Positions 1 through 10,500 of a stretch of 64,000 nucleotides of DNA are shown in pieces. Location of the stretch: the IMG/VR virus record IMGVR_UViG_3300030390_001073; one strand, written 5' to 3'. The first letter of the stretch is position 1. Each line of letters begins with the position of its first letter. This stretch comes from an uncultured virus (IMG/VR IMGVR_UViG_3300030390_001073) (lineage: Duplodnaviria > Heunggongvirae > Uroviricota > Caudoviricetes). Both the position numbers and the translations under genes were made by a program. The notes beneath the pieces are model-generated. The model was not told where the DNA came from. It ran no database searches and saw only the letters and a program-made list of their open reading frames with translations.

Positions 1-2424
1 CAATTGCATTGCCCACTCTACAGGGTCGTTTTGTATTACATTAAATATTTCTTCCCATGATTTTGCTTTGTTCCATGCTAACATAGTTCTTGTATCTCCC
101 ATAGCAGCTTTGTTTCTAACTCCCTCTACAATAGCTCTTGCTACAGATTTAACGTCATTAGGGTCAACAGTAGAACTTCCAAAATCTAAGAAATCCATTC
201 CTAAACTATATTGTAAAATAGCGTTTAAGGAATTACCTTGTTCAATTCCTTTACCTCCTTCTAAGAAAAATCCATTAAATTCGTTGTCTTCATAGCCGGA
301 TGCTTGAACAGCTTTGTTTTCCATTCTATTGAAATACAAATAAGAACTATCAAATTCTGCTCTAGCCATTTTTTTCTGCATCTCAAGATTTAAATAACCT
401 GTATAAAGTTTAACAGCATTTTGCTGTTGACTTGGTAATGTTATTGTAGATGCTATTTTAGGGATGTCATAAACTTTAGCCTGAAATTCTAATAAAGATT
501 CTTTATCTATGATTTTTTCTTGTTCAACAATATCTAAAATTTTACCTCTAGCTACCTTTGATTTTTTATCAAATTGCTTTCTCAAGACAACATCAAAATC
601 TTCTCTTGTTTCTCTAATGTTATTTCTGTCTAAAGTTTCATTTAATATACTTCTTCTGTCTTTTAAATCTTCTTGATATTTTTCTAAATCATCTATTATA
701 TATCCACCGCTAAATAAATGAGCATATTTTTTTTGTTGTTGTTTATTTAAATCAGAAATTTGTGTTGTTAGATATGCTGTTTCATCTTTTCTTCCAAACA
801 AATCTTTTTGGTCTTCAAATATAGTATCGATAAAACTAATTTCATCTGATAATTTATCATAGTTATCTTCTCCTTCTTTAATTGAAAAATAATCTAATCC
901 TCTTTTTTGATAATACTGATTTGCTTCTAAATCAATTAAATCTACGTTCTTCCATGAACCCATTGCAAATTTATCTGCTTCTTCTTTGGTATCAAATACA
1001 AATGTTTCTCCTCTTTCTGTAGCTAAATCTAACGCATCCTTTCCTGATAATTCAACCCATGAAGATTGGAATCTAGATTGATTGTCATTATCTTTAGGAA
1101 ATAAAGTAGGTGCTACTATATACTTACCATCTGATTCAAATGTAGCCATAAGGTGAGATGATTGAGTACCATCATTGTTTGTTCTAGCACCTTTTCTTAT
1201 ATTATTTGCACGCTGAACTTTAGTTAAAAATTCTTCTTCTTCTTCAAAGTTTGAAGTTGCAGGATATGCATTTTCTAAAACAAATTTTTTCAAATCATTT
1301 GATTCAGATATATCAGAAAAGAATGAATCTATATCTATTTTCATTGTAGATTCTCCATCAGATGTACTTACATGCATACCACCACCAAAATATGATTTAG
1401 TAAATATTAATCCATATTTACCAAACTTTAAATTCATTTCTTTTATTGTCTCGTCATTGTCGCTTTGACCAACAAATTCAGGAGTTATAGACTCAATATC
1501 TTGTTGTAATGTTTCAAATTCCTTTTCTTTAAAAACTTGGTCAAAAGTTCTTAAACCTTTTTCTTTTAGATTTTTTTCTACATTAATATTATAATCATCA
1601 TCAGCTTTATTTTGAACTATATCTTGTACACCCTTATATATTACAGGACCTTCCTTTGGTCCATACTCATCTAAATAATACTCTTCTGTTAACCTTCTAT
1701 CGTCACCTCTTAAACCATCTTTTCTCATGGCTTCAAATTCATTACTTATCTTGAATTTTCTTTCATCAGCTTGAAGCTCAGGCATGTCTCCGGGAGTATC
1801 TATTTGAGACAATGCAAATTCATCTTCAGTAGGCATAGGAACTTTATCAGCTTCCCGGTTCATTATTTCATTTTGAATTTCCATGCCCGGACCATCATTA
1901 TCAAAATAGTCAACGCCTTTATCAAGCAACGCTTGATTTGTTAGTCTAATAGTTTCTTCAGTCCAAGCATTTACTTTAGTTCTTGCTGCTGTGATTTCAG
2001 GAGTATCAAATTCTACAGCTTCACTATAACCCGGTGAGTCTATTCCAAAGGGTTTTGATGTATCTGAAGGGTCTCCAAAATTGACATTTGCACTTGGCTT
2101 TTCGTAGTTGGGTAAGTTCGGGTCTGTTGATTGTGTCTCTACATTTTTTTGGATTTCGATGTTCCCCAAAGGTGTGTAAAAAGTGTCGGTCTCCTTCTCC
2201 ACCACTTCGACTTCTTCTTTTTTTTTTTCTACAGGTACAGTTACGCCTACTAATTCTGCAAACTGATTTTTATCTCCATCGTAACCTGTATTTACAAAAG
2301 CATCATATCCTTGTGTAAAGGCTTCTTTATTATTAGACATCAATTCTATGAACTGATTTCTATCTCCATCGTAACCTGTATTTACAAACTCTTCGTAAAG
2401 TTGTTTGAACGCTTCTTCATTCAT
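1..2424 (-). CDS. N-terminal part of a giant putative internal/ejected virion protein (truncated at left window edge; missing from ORF track)
   Basis: ATG at 2424 (MNEEAFKQLYEEFVNTGYDG...). By my manual translation the frame stays open for 808 codons to position 1. It directly follows the other putative core-protein genes. Confidence 0.85.
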   Translation of the reverse strand, partial: MNEEAFKQLYEEFVNTGYDGDRNQFIELMSNNKEAFTQGYDAFVNTGYDGDKNQFAELVGVTVPVEKKKEEVEVVEKETDTFYTPLGNIEIQKNVETQSTDPNLPNYEKPSANVNFGDPSDTSKPFGIDSPGYSEAVEFDTPEITAARTKVNAWTEETIRLTNQALLDKGVDYFDNDGPGMEIQNEIMNREADKVPMPTEDEFALSQIDTPGDMPELQADERKFKISNEFEAMRKDGLRGDDRRLTEEYYLDEYGPKEGPVIYKGVQDIVQNKADDDYNINVEKNLKEKGLRTFDQVFKEKEFETLQQDIESITPEFVGQSDNDETIKEMNLKFGKYGLIFTKSYFGGGMHVSTSDGESTMKIDIDSFFSDISESNDLKKFVLENAYPATSNFEEEEEFLTKVQRANNIRKGARTNNDGTQSSHLMATFESDGKYIVAPTLFPKDNDNQSRFQSSWVELSGKDALDLATERGETFVFDTKEEADKFAMGSWKNVDLIDLEANQYYQKRGLDYFSIKEGEDNYDKLSDEISFIDTIFEDQKDLFGRKDETAYLTTQISDLNKQQQKKYAHLFSGGYIIDDLEKYQEDLKDRRSILNETLDRNNIRETREDFDVVLRKQFDKKSKVARGKILDIVEQEKIIDKESLLEFQAKVYDIPKIASTITLPSQQQNAVKLYTGYLNLEMQKKMARAEFDSSYLYFNRMENKAVQASGYEDNEFNGFFLEGGKGIEQGNSLNAILQYSLGMDFLDFGSSTVDPNDVKSVARAIVEGVRNKAAMGDTRTMLAWNKAKSWEEIFNVIQNDPVEWAMQL
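2261..2388. repeat. 38-bp direct repeat, 2 copies with 1 mismatch, 90-bp period, encoding FVNTGYDGD(R/K)NQF
   Basis: aactgattt[t/c]tatctccatcgtaacctgtatttacaaa at 2261-2298 and 2351-2388. Confidence 0.9.
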
Positions 2425-2435
2425 AATAATCCTAG

Positions 2436-4367
2436 TTATTTATCCTGTTGTACCTGATTGAACATACTTCCCTGTACACCTCCTGATGTATTACTTCCTC
2501 TACCTGTTATAGATTCATCTCCTTTACCACCATTATAAGCGTCATCTAGTGCTTGTCCACTTAGTCCTGTACCTCCTTCAAATGTGCTTTTATCAATACC
2601 AAAATCTGCAGGTGTAAGTACTTCTCCTTTACGTTTCGCTAGTTGAATTCTCATAAGGATGTTTGCAACAGGTTTACCACCCTTGTTTCCCTTAATAACT
2701 ATAGGTGCAGTTGTAACACCCGGTACATTAATAACTAACCAATCCTTAGCACCAAATTTTTCAGGGTCTCCTTTACTAACACTAGCATCAGAGATACCTG
2801 AAGCTTCAAATTCTGCTTGTATAAGACTAATTTTTTCATTGGTGTCTGTACCCTTGTCAAAATCTTCGTTAAACACATCAATTACTTTAACAATTTGTTC
2901 TTTACCTTTTTCATCTATTGTAAGTGTCTGTCTGCTCATAATAGGTTCTATCGGAACAGGAGCTGAAGTCATTGTAGATGAAAAGGACGTATCTGATGGT
3001 AAGTTTGTATAATTACCATTATTCCTTTTACTCCATGTATCATATGCATCTGTTCCTTTCAATTGTGCTAAATCAAAATTACCAATTTGTTTGCTCATTT
3101 GAGTTAAGAAATTTTCAGGACCAAAGTTTCTATCTAATGTTCTAGTGATTTTACCACCTTGACCATCAGTTACACTATATGAAAATTTAGAACCATCATC
3201 AGTAACATTTAACTCACTAATTTGAGCATTATTTCCTTCAAAGAATACTAATGCTGATTTTAAATCCTGAACATCACCATTATATATATTACCTATTTGT
3301 TCAGCAACAGTTTCTATATTTTGTTTTTCGTCTTTTATTTCACCAAATGTTTTTATTTCTGATGCTGAATAAGGAGTTTCTTTTCTACTCATTGCACCTC
3401 TTGTCATTTCTGTCAACTTGGTAACAGACTCGTTAACGATTTTCTTACCTTGTGCACTATCCGAATCAAATGTCCAACGCCCATTAATTTGAACTAAAGG
3501 AATCTGATTACCCTTAGCTTTTTTATCACCTTTTAAAAATGCATATTCATAACCTTGTAAATACTGACCTGCAAATCCTGATGCAAAATCAGGGTTAACT
3601 AAATCAGCTCTAATTTCAGCTTCTATTAATTTTCTAAAGTTTTTGTTATTCCATGCGTCATCTACAGTTTTAAATCCACCTCCTGATGTTTGCCATGTTG
3701 TTCCTGCTAAACCTGCATATCCTTCTACCTTCTTACTAAAATCTTCTTGTTTTAATATTTGACCCATGTTTGCTCTTGCACCTTTAATACTATATGTATC
3801 TTCAGGGTTAGTAGAAAAAGATTCAACATCGACACCTGTAACATCATCTGTTATTTTAATTCTTTTAGCTAAATATGGATTTCCAAATTCATCTAACTGA
3901 ACACCAAAATTATTTAAATTTTCAAATTGTTCATTGTATTTTTTTACAGCAACCGATTGTGGATTTATGTTTCCACTTTGAACTAACTCATGAAAATCAG
4001 AATCTATTTTTATTTTAGATTTATTCATTTCGCTAATATTAGCGACACCTTGTTTAAGATTATTTCTTTGAATAGTATAGTCTCTAAGTTTTAAAGAACC
4101 ATTTTGTAGTGCATTGTCTTGACGCAATCTTGCTTCAGAAACCAAATTAGCTACACTTAACATTTCAGACGCAAGGTCTGCGTTATCACTATCAATATTA
4201 TCAAAAATTTGTGTATCTAATGCAGAAGAATCTGCAGCTATATCATCTTTAATCGTTTGCCTTCTATCTACCTCAGCTTGAAATGTATCGATTGCGTTTT
4301 TACCAACCTCTTGCCAATTTACTCTAGCGTCTTGGTCTCTTCTTATATATCCAAAATTTGTTCCCAT
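2436..4367 (-). CDS. putative internal virion (ejection) protein
   Basis: 643 aa; helical N-terminus; lies between tail genes and the giant gene, as in podovirus-type gene order. Confidence 0.55.
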   Translation of the reverse strand: MGTNFGYIRRDQDARVNWQEVGKNAIDTFQAEVDRRQTIKDDIAADSSALDTQIFDNIDSDNADLASEMLSVANLVSEARLRQDNALQNGSLKLRDYTIQRNNLKQGVANISEMNKSKIKIDSDFHELVQSGNINPQSVAVKKYNEQFENLNNFGVQLDEFGNPYLAKRIKITDDVTGVDVESFSTNPEDTYSIKGARANMGQILKQEDFSKKVEGYAGLAGTTWQTSGGGFKTVDDAWNNKNFRKLIEAEIRADLVNPDFASGFAGQYLQGYEYAFLKGDKKAKGNQIPLVQINGRWTFDSDSAQGKKIVNESVTKLTEMTRGAMSRKETPYSASEIKTFGEIKDEKQNIETVAEQIGNIYNGDVQDLKSALVFFEGNNAQISELNVTDDGSKFSYSVTDGQGGKITRTLDRNFGPENFLTQMSKQIGNFDLAQLKGTDAYDTWSKRNNGNYTNLPSDTSFSSTMTSAPVPIEPIMSRQTLTIDEKGKEQIVKVIDVFNEDFDKGTDTNEKISLIQAEFEASGISDASVSKGDPEKFGAKDWLVINVPGVTTAPIVIKGNKGGKPVANILMRIQLAKRKGEVLTPADFGIDKSTFEGGTGLSGQALDDAYNGGKGDESITGRGSNTSGGVQGSMFNQVQQDK

Positions 4368-5306
4368 TTATGATATTTTTAATGCTGCTAATTGTCTTTC
4401 TAATTCTGCAATCATCTCTGCTTGTGTTTTTTGACCACTATTCATTCCTGCATCAGAAAACATTTTTCTATATTGATTGCCTGTAGTTGGTGAAAAAGGA
4501 TTGGCATTACCTGTTGTTTTATCCATTAAGAATTTCATGTTAGCACCCGATAGATTACCTCTAACATAATCCTCTAAATCATTACCTTTTAAATTACTTA
4601 TATTGCCTAAATCAGCAGAAGAAATAGAACCAAAACCTTTACCATCTAAAGATTTTACAAAATCTGCATCACCTAACTTAGCTTGTATTCCTTCAAGTCC
4701 TACTTTATCTCCAAATTCAAAACCTTCTATTCCTTTTGTTTGAGCATTTTTACCAAACACAGGAGCAAGTGTAGAAACTGCAGCCATAGCTGTTTGAGGA
4801 AGTTGTGTCATGAAATCAGATTTATATTTTTGTGCTAATTCACCTGCATCTGCGGCTGCTTTTTGTGCACCTGCAACTTCACCTAAATCTAATTGTATAC
4901 CTATATCACCTTTTCTTGTAGCTTCTTCTGCTTGAACTAAATCTAAATCTTGCAATTCTTTTACTTCTTTTTCAGTAATAGATGTATTGGCTTTATTTAC
5001 TGAATCAACAATTTGTTGAATACCTACATTTGGTCTGTCTGATTGTTGTGCGTTTTCTATAAGTGCTGCACCAACTTTAGAAAGCTCTTCTCTTTGATTA
5101 TCATAAACTAATTTATTGATACTCAATTCATCATATTCATTTACGTCAAGCTTATCTCTAGCGTCTTTCATAAATCTGTCTGCATCTGCTTCAGCTCCTG
5201 CTTGAATTTTTCGTTGTTTTGCTGATGCTGCACCTGATGCTATTGTAGTTCCGGCTGACATTGCTAAACTTGCTATTCCTATAATTGCGGCTGTTTCTAA
5301 TCCCAT
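4368..5306 (-). CDS. putative internal virion/ejection protein
   Basis: Ala/Gly-rich hydrophobic N-terminus (MGLETAAIIGIASLAMSAG) followed by a coiled coil, typical of the first small ejection protein. Confidence 0.6.
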   Translation of the reverse strand: MGLETAAIIGIASLAMSAGTTIASGAASAKQRKIQAGAEADADRFMKDARDKLDVNEYDELSINKLVYDNQREELSKVGAALIENAQQSDRPNVGIQQIVDSVNKANTSITEKEVKELQDLDLVQAEEATRKGDIGIQLDLGEVAGAQKAAADAGELAQKYKSDFMTQLPQTAMAAVSTLAPVFGKNAQTKGIEGFEFGDKVGLEGIQAKLGDADFVKSLDGKGFGSISSADLGNISNLKGNDLEDYVRGNLSGANMKFLMDKTTGNANPFSPTTGNQYRKMFSDAGMNSGQKTQAEMIAELERQLAALKIS

Positions 5307-5713
5307 TATAAATTTTTTATTAATTCTGTACTTTTATTTCCTTTTAAATATCCGTTAGCTAAAAATGTCTTAATTAAATTGGTGTTATTATTGTGAGCAT
5401 ATACATATTTATATTTTGTTTTTTGAGCTACATCTGTTAGTGTTTGTATTAACAAATTAAGTCCGTCTTTTCTGTGAGGTTTTTCCCTAAATTTTTTATT
5501 AGATACTATCCAATCAACCCAAGCAACTTTACTGTTTGTATTATAAATAAAACCGGCACAAACAGGAGTTCCATCCCACTCAACAATTAAACCTCCTACC
5601 CCGTCTAAAGGTAAAAAATCTTTAACAGGAGGAGTCCATCCCCAATCTTTCCACCATCCAACTAAGATATCATCATAGTCGTTTTCTTTAAGTACCCTTA
5701 CATTAAATTTCAT
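5306..5713 (-). CDS. GNAT-like acetyltransferase-fold protein
   Basis: 135 aa with GNAT-like strand pattern (LIVEWDGTPVCAGFIY...AWVDWIVSN...LANGY); position before ejection genes parallels T7 gp13-like genes. Confidence 0.55.
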   Translation of the reverse strand: MKFNVRVLKENDYDDILVGWWKDWGWTPPVKDFLPLDGVGGLIVEWDGTPVCAGFIYNTNSKVAWVDWIVSNKKFREKPHRKDGLNLLIQTLTDVAQKTKYKYVYAHNNNTNLIKTFLANGYLKGNKSTELIKNL

Positions 5714-5719
5714 TTAAAG

Positions 5720-5727
5720 CAAAGATA
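5720..5727 (-). promoter_or_regulatory. Bacteroidota-type -7 promoter element (TATCTTTG)
   Basis: caaagata on the + strand in the intergenic gap upstream of the ATG at 5713. Confidence 0.6.
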
Positions 5728-5733
5728 CTAATT

Positions 5734-6564
5734 TTAAGGATAACTTTTCATAACATCTGACTCTACAGCAAATAACTCAGTAGCTGTAATATCGGTATTA
5801 GTTAATTTAAATCTACCATAGTGTCCTAATATGCCATATGACTCTGCAACTTGGTCTTTAACTGCTGCAAAATATAACGTTCCTGCAGGTATAACAACCG
5901 CACCGGTCGCATCTATTGTTATTGAAACAATACCATTAATAGGTGAATAAGCTATAGATTGTATTTTTCCTGCATAAACCAATTCGTTATTTCCTGTTAA
6001 ATCACTCCAATAAATAAAATCATTTACATTTATTTGTGGATTTATGTAAGAAGCTAAACTAGAATTTATTCCAATATCAAATTGTATAATAGGATTAGCT
6101 ACAGTACCTCCTCTAGTAAGGCTATTCATAATACCCATAATAGAACGTAAAGGATATTGTTCGCTATCAATAGGAGTTCCTGTGCCTGCAACAGAACCTT
6201 CAGTTCTTAAATATGCAAACCAAGCTCCTTCTTTTTTTACAAATGATGTGCTGTTTATATATCCTGTAAGTTGTATATCACTCGTAAAATCTACAGACCA
6301 TGCAGCATCAGACTCTAAATTAATAGTTTTAAATAATTTGTTTTCTAAAGGCGATTCATTGAATACACTTGTAATGGTAGAATTATAATCAACTCCATAA
6401 TAACTGTTTCTTCTTTCATTGCTGTTATGACGGTAAAGATTACCTCCATCAAAAGAATAGAAGTAATTATTCATACCTATCATATAATTAGGATGATATG
6501 AATAAAAAGAAGGAAATCCTTTTACACCATCACTATAACTTACTGTTTGATTTGTACAACTCAT
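5734..6564 (-). CDS. tail structural protein, resembling the C-terminal part of tail stabilisation/nozzle proteins
   Basis: TVSYSDGVKGFPSFYSY...FNESPLENKLFKTINLES...KKEGAWF motifs. Confidence 0.55.
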   Translation of the reverse strand: MSCTNQTVSYSDGVKGFPSFYSYHPNYMIGMNNYFYSFDGGNLYRHNSNERRNSYYGVDYNSTITSVFNESPLENKLFKTINLESDAAWSVDFTSDIQLTGYINSTSFVKKEGAWFAYLRTEGSVAGTGTPIDSEQYPLRSIMGIMNSLTRGGTVANPIIQFDIGINSSLASYINPQINVNDFIYWSDLTGNNELVYAGKIQSIAYSPINGIVSITIDATGAVVIPAGTLYFAAVKDQVAESYGILGHYGRFKLTNTDITATELFAVESDVMKSYP

Positions 6565-6574
6565 ATTTTAAATT

Positions 6575-7528
6575 TTAAGGAGGACATGTGCCTACATCGA
6601 TTACTACTCCATTACTATCTACCTGCATATATCCTGTACTTATTTTATAATATCCTGCACCTACAGCTGAAGTTCCAAATGTATTTGTAAACGCATAAGA
6701 AAATTTAGTAGGAAGTATACTTGTGAATAATGCATTTGTACCGTTAGCAATAAAAACACTATCAGTTGTTCCTGAAGCATTACACGCATCTACAGGATTT
6801 GGAAAAACTGTAGCATTATAAGGTGTTGCAGCTAATAATGCTGAACATACAGGAGAGAAAATAATATTTGTATTAGTACCTGAAACTGAAGAAGGTGGAA
6901 TAAAAACTGTAATTTGTACTGTTGAATTCGCTGCCACAGTTTTAGAAAATACTGCTAATTGATATAAGTCTTGTGTTGTTGTATAATTTGTTGTAGTGTT
7001 AACTGAATATCCAATATTAGTTGGTGCTTGTACCCATGTATTACCATCCCATGTAAAATTAGGTTGGTTCGTTACTGTAGTTCCTGCAGTTAAAGTAACA
7101 TCTCCCATCCAAATAGCATTATTATTTCCCGGTGATTTATATCCTTCACCTGTAATCCAATCATTAGTTATAGCAGAATCATGTATTATTTGAATACCAT
7201 AACAATCATTACTATTAGGACCAAGAAACATTTTGCTAATTCCTGCAGCTGTACCTGTATCGATTGTTAAATTATAAACACCCGGACCTTCTGTAGTGCT
7301 TCCCATAATATATGAAAAGCCTGATAAAAATGGGTCTGCTGAACACGCTTGATTACAAGAAGGACATATTATAACACCACCTAAAGTTCCACCTGTTTGT
7401 CTTCGTACTCTATTATCAAAAGAATACCATCCATCAGGAGCTTTTGTAGTCAAACCGGTGTCTGTAAAAACAGCTGTCGCTGTTTGAAAATCGTTTGTAT
7501 CTAAAAAATAATTTACTGTTATTCCCAT
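6575..7528 (-). CDS. virion structural protein (beta-rich, Cys-containing)
   Basis: 317 aa, Thr/Gly-rich; APDGWYS and GAGYY motifs; in the tail module. Confidence 0.5.
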   Translation of the reverse strand: MGITVNYFLDTNDFQTATAVFTDTGLTTKAPDGWYSFDNRVRRQTGGTLGGVIICPSCNQACSADPFLSGFSYIMGSTTEGPGVYNLTIDTGTAAGISKMFLGPNSNDCYGIQIIHDSAITNDWITGEGYKSPGNNNAIWMGDVTLTAGTTVTNQPNFTWDGNTWVQAPTNIGYSVNTTTNYTTTQDLYQLAVFSKTVAANSTVQITVFIPPSSVSGTNTNIIFSPVCSALLAATPYNATVFPNPVDACNASGTTDSVFIANGTNALFTSILPTKFSYAFTNTFGTSAVGAGYYKISTGYMQVDSNGVVIDVGTCPP

Positions 7529-7539
7529 TTTATTTTATT

Positions 7540-10500
7540 TTACGAACACCCGCAACAAGCGTCTTGTTCACCTGTAGGTGAATAACACATTTGTAATCTA
7601 AAGGTTGATGTTAAATCATATACCAAATATAAAAAATCTAAGTCATTGTTTGGCATAGTAAATTCTCCAAAATATTTTTGCGGAGCTAATGATGTATTTG
7701 TAGTTAACCAACCTGATGAATTAGTAATATCTGTTATTAAATTATTAATGTCAGATGTATTATTATTGTAGTTTGTTGCACTTCTTAAATACCCAAATCT
7801 ATCAGAAGTTGTATCAAACACATAATCATCTGAAGGTTTAAACAAAGAACCTAATTGTACTGTAGAGCTGTCTGTTGGTATTGTATTAATACCTTGACCT
7901 CCTGTAACTTCTACAAAACTAGAAACTACGGGATTTGTACCACTTAAAAACTGAACAAATTGACTTGTTTGCATTGAAGAAAAAGATGCATCAGTATATT
8001 GATAATAAGTATGTATTAAAGAACCTGAACTCAAATCGCTTGTTATAACAATAGTTTTAACTGTAATTTGGTCTGCTTGCGGACAACTAACCGAGAGTCC
8101 TAAATTTGCTATATAACCACCTGCTGCAGATATAGTAATTGTAGCTTCGTTAACAGTTAAGTCATTTTTCTGAAACGTTAAAGTACCTCCTGTTGTTACG
8201 TCTCCTGTATTAGCAACCTCGACTCCATTGTAATTTACTTTAATACTAAAAGTAGTATTAAAATCAAGAAGAGGTGCAGTATAAGTTATTGCTACTTGAC
8301 CTAATGGCTGTCCTAGCCTTACAATAAATGATTGTGGATTTGATGCATTTATTAGTCCATAGTTTAAAGATATTCCACAATTTTCTATTTGAGGAGAAGT
8401 AGGTAGTGCAATACAATTGTTTGACAATACATACTCATTCATATAAGGGTCATAACCACCTAGTTTTTGTGTGTCAAAAGAATTAATAAATAAATCTCTA
8501 AAAAACCCACGCATTCCGCTTTCTGATATTACAGACAGCTGTTCATTTTGCATACTTGTACCACGCATTTGTAACACAGCACCTCTTTTAGAATCTGTAA
8601 AATATTTGTCAGCTCCATAACAAACAAAACTTTCAGGGTTGTTACTGATACCATACACTTCTTTTCTAGCTATTTGAGTTCCTAAAACTTCAGGAACTGA
8701 TGCTACAACTCCTCCTCCTGTAGAATCAGATAATAAATTCTTACCTGCTAATACATATGAAATTTTATCTTCTTGTAACACTAAAACATCTGTTTCTCTA
8801 CCAAATAATTTTGCGACAGGACCAAATGAATCTTCTAATATTTTATAATTAGCTAAACTAAAATTAAATTCATTTAATTTATTAATATTTGAAAAATCAC
8901 TATACCTGCCACTATATGTTAAATCAGCAAATCTATGTGCTTGTTTATATTCTTGATTAGCTGTTGTTGTAACTCTATTACCAATTTGTAATTCTTGTCC
9001 TCCAACAGAATCTAATATTTTAAAACTTTCTACTCCGTTTCCAAATGAATAACAATTAAATAATGTTGTTTGTATTTTACCTGAAGTTGCTGAAGTTTGT
9101 GTTCTATTTCCTGCAAGAATTTGTGCTGCTGTTCCACCGCCATGTAATCCTGTAGCTGAAATAATAGGATAACTTTGGTCTCCTTCATAAAACACATCAG
9201 GTAATGCATCTTGTGGTTCACTTTCAAAAACTATAGTATCTTCACTTCTAAACACAGTTACTTCAATTTTAGAACATGAACGTCTTCTAGTTCGTTGTCC
9301 AACACCTGAACAACTTTCTGTACCTGTAGCACATAGCCATAACCCATTATCTGTTGAACTTCTTACAAGTCTAAAAAAGTTTGTTGTTATACTATTTGCA
9401 GTCATGCCTGCATCAGATTCTGTCGGTCTGTTATCAAAAGCAGATGTACGATTAGACAATAAAGTATTTGTTGGAGGATTTCCTGCTGATGTACTTCCGC
9501 CTGTCCATAACCCATCATCAAGTCTTAATTCAATGTTATCACCATCAAACCATTCTTGAAAATTATCATAGTTTGCTGAAGAAACTAAATCTAAATCTAA
9601 TTCATAAATTCTTCTTTCACATTTATTGTTACCATCACCTGTTCCTAAACGTCTAAATCTAAAATATAATTTAATACGACTACCTTCAGGAATAGTATAA
9701 TCACTATATAAATAACCTGTTGGCTGACCCGATGAGGTATCTCCTCTATTAACTCGACATGCAGCCATAGGAGAGTTACCTGAAGTATCTGTACATTCTT
9801 CATTTTCTTGAAACTGAACAGCTCCCTCATCTAATACTACATTAAAGTCATTAGGAACTACACGCATGTAAGTTCCTGCAGGTGCGTCTATGGCAGTAGA
9901 TGAAAAAGAAGAATCAAACGTTATAAAACCTGAAGGCTGAGATACTTTTTCTAAAACTGTAGCAACTGCACAATTATTAACTGCACCTGACGTATCAGCT
10001 TTAACTTGAAGTCTTTGACCTTCTGATATTTTTTCTATATTTTCACCTTCTAACAAAAACCAATATCCTATTTGTGTAGGGTCATTAATAAATAAATTAC
10101 TGTATATAGTTTCATATGTAGTCTGAGATGGTTTTATAACAAACTTATATCTTTTCGCCCAAGAAGGAGGAAGCATGTTTGTAGGTATTTCTACATTAAT
10201 ACTATTTTTAAAATCTGAATTAGAACAAGGTACATGAATTGATGCATCAGATGCTAATAAAGCTGTGGATGAACGACCAAAATCATCCATATAAACTATA
10301 CCAATAGCATAATCTCTATTACTATGTAAACTTTCTGTATCACTTATTTTTTGAAATGTTGCTTCGCTAGTTTGAATTCTAAAATATTCTGTAATTGTTA
10401 CAGTAGGTGTTCCTGTATTATCAACCCATTGCATAGCAGGAAGTTGAATAATAATATTGTTTCCTGAAGCAATCCCTGTTATTGAACCAACAGCAGGAAA

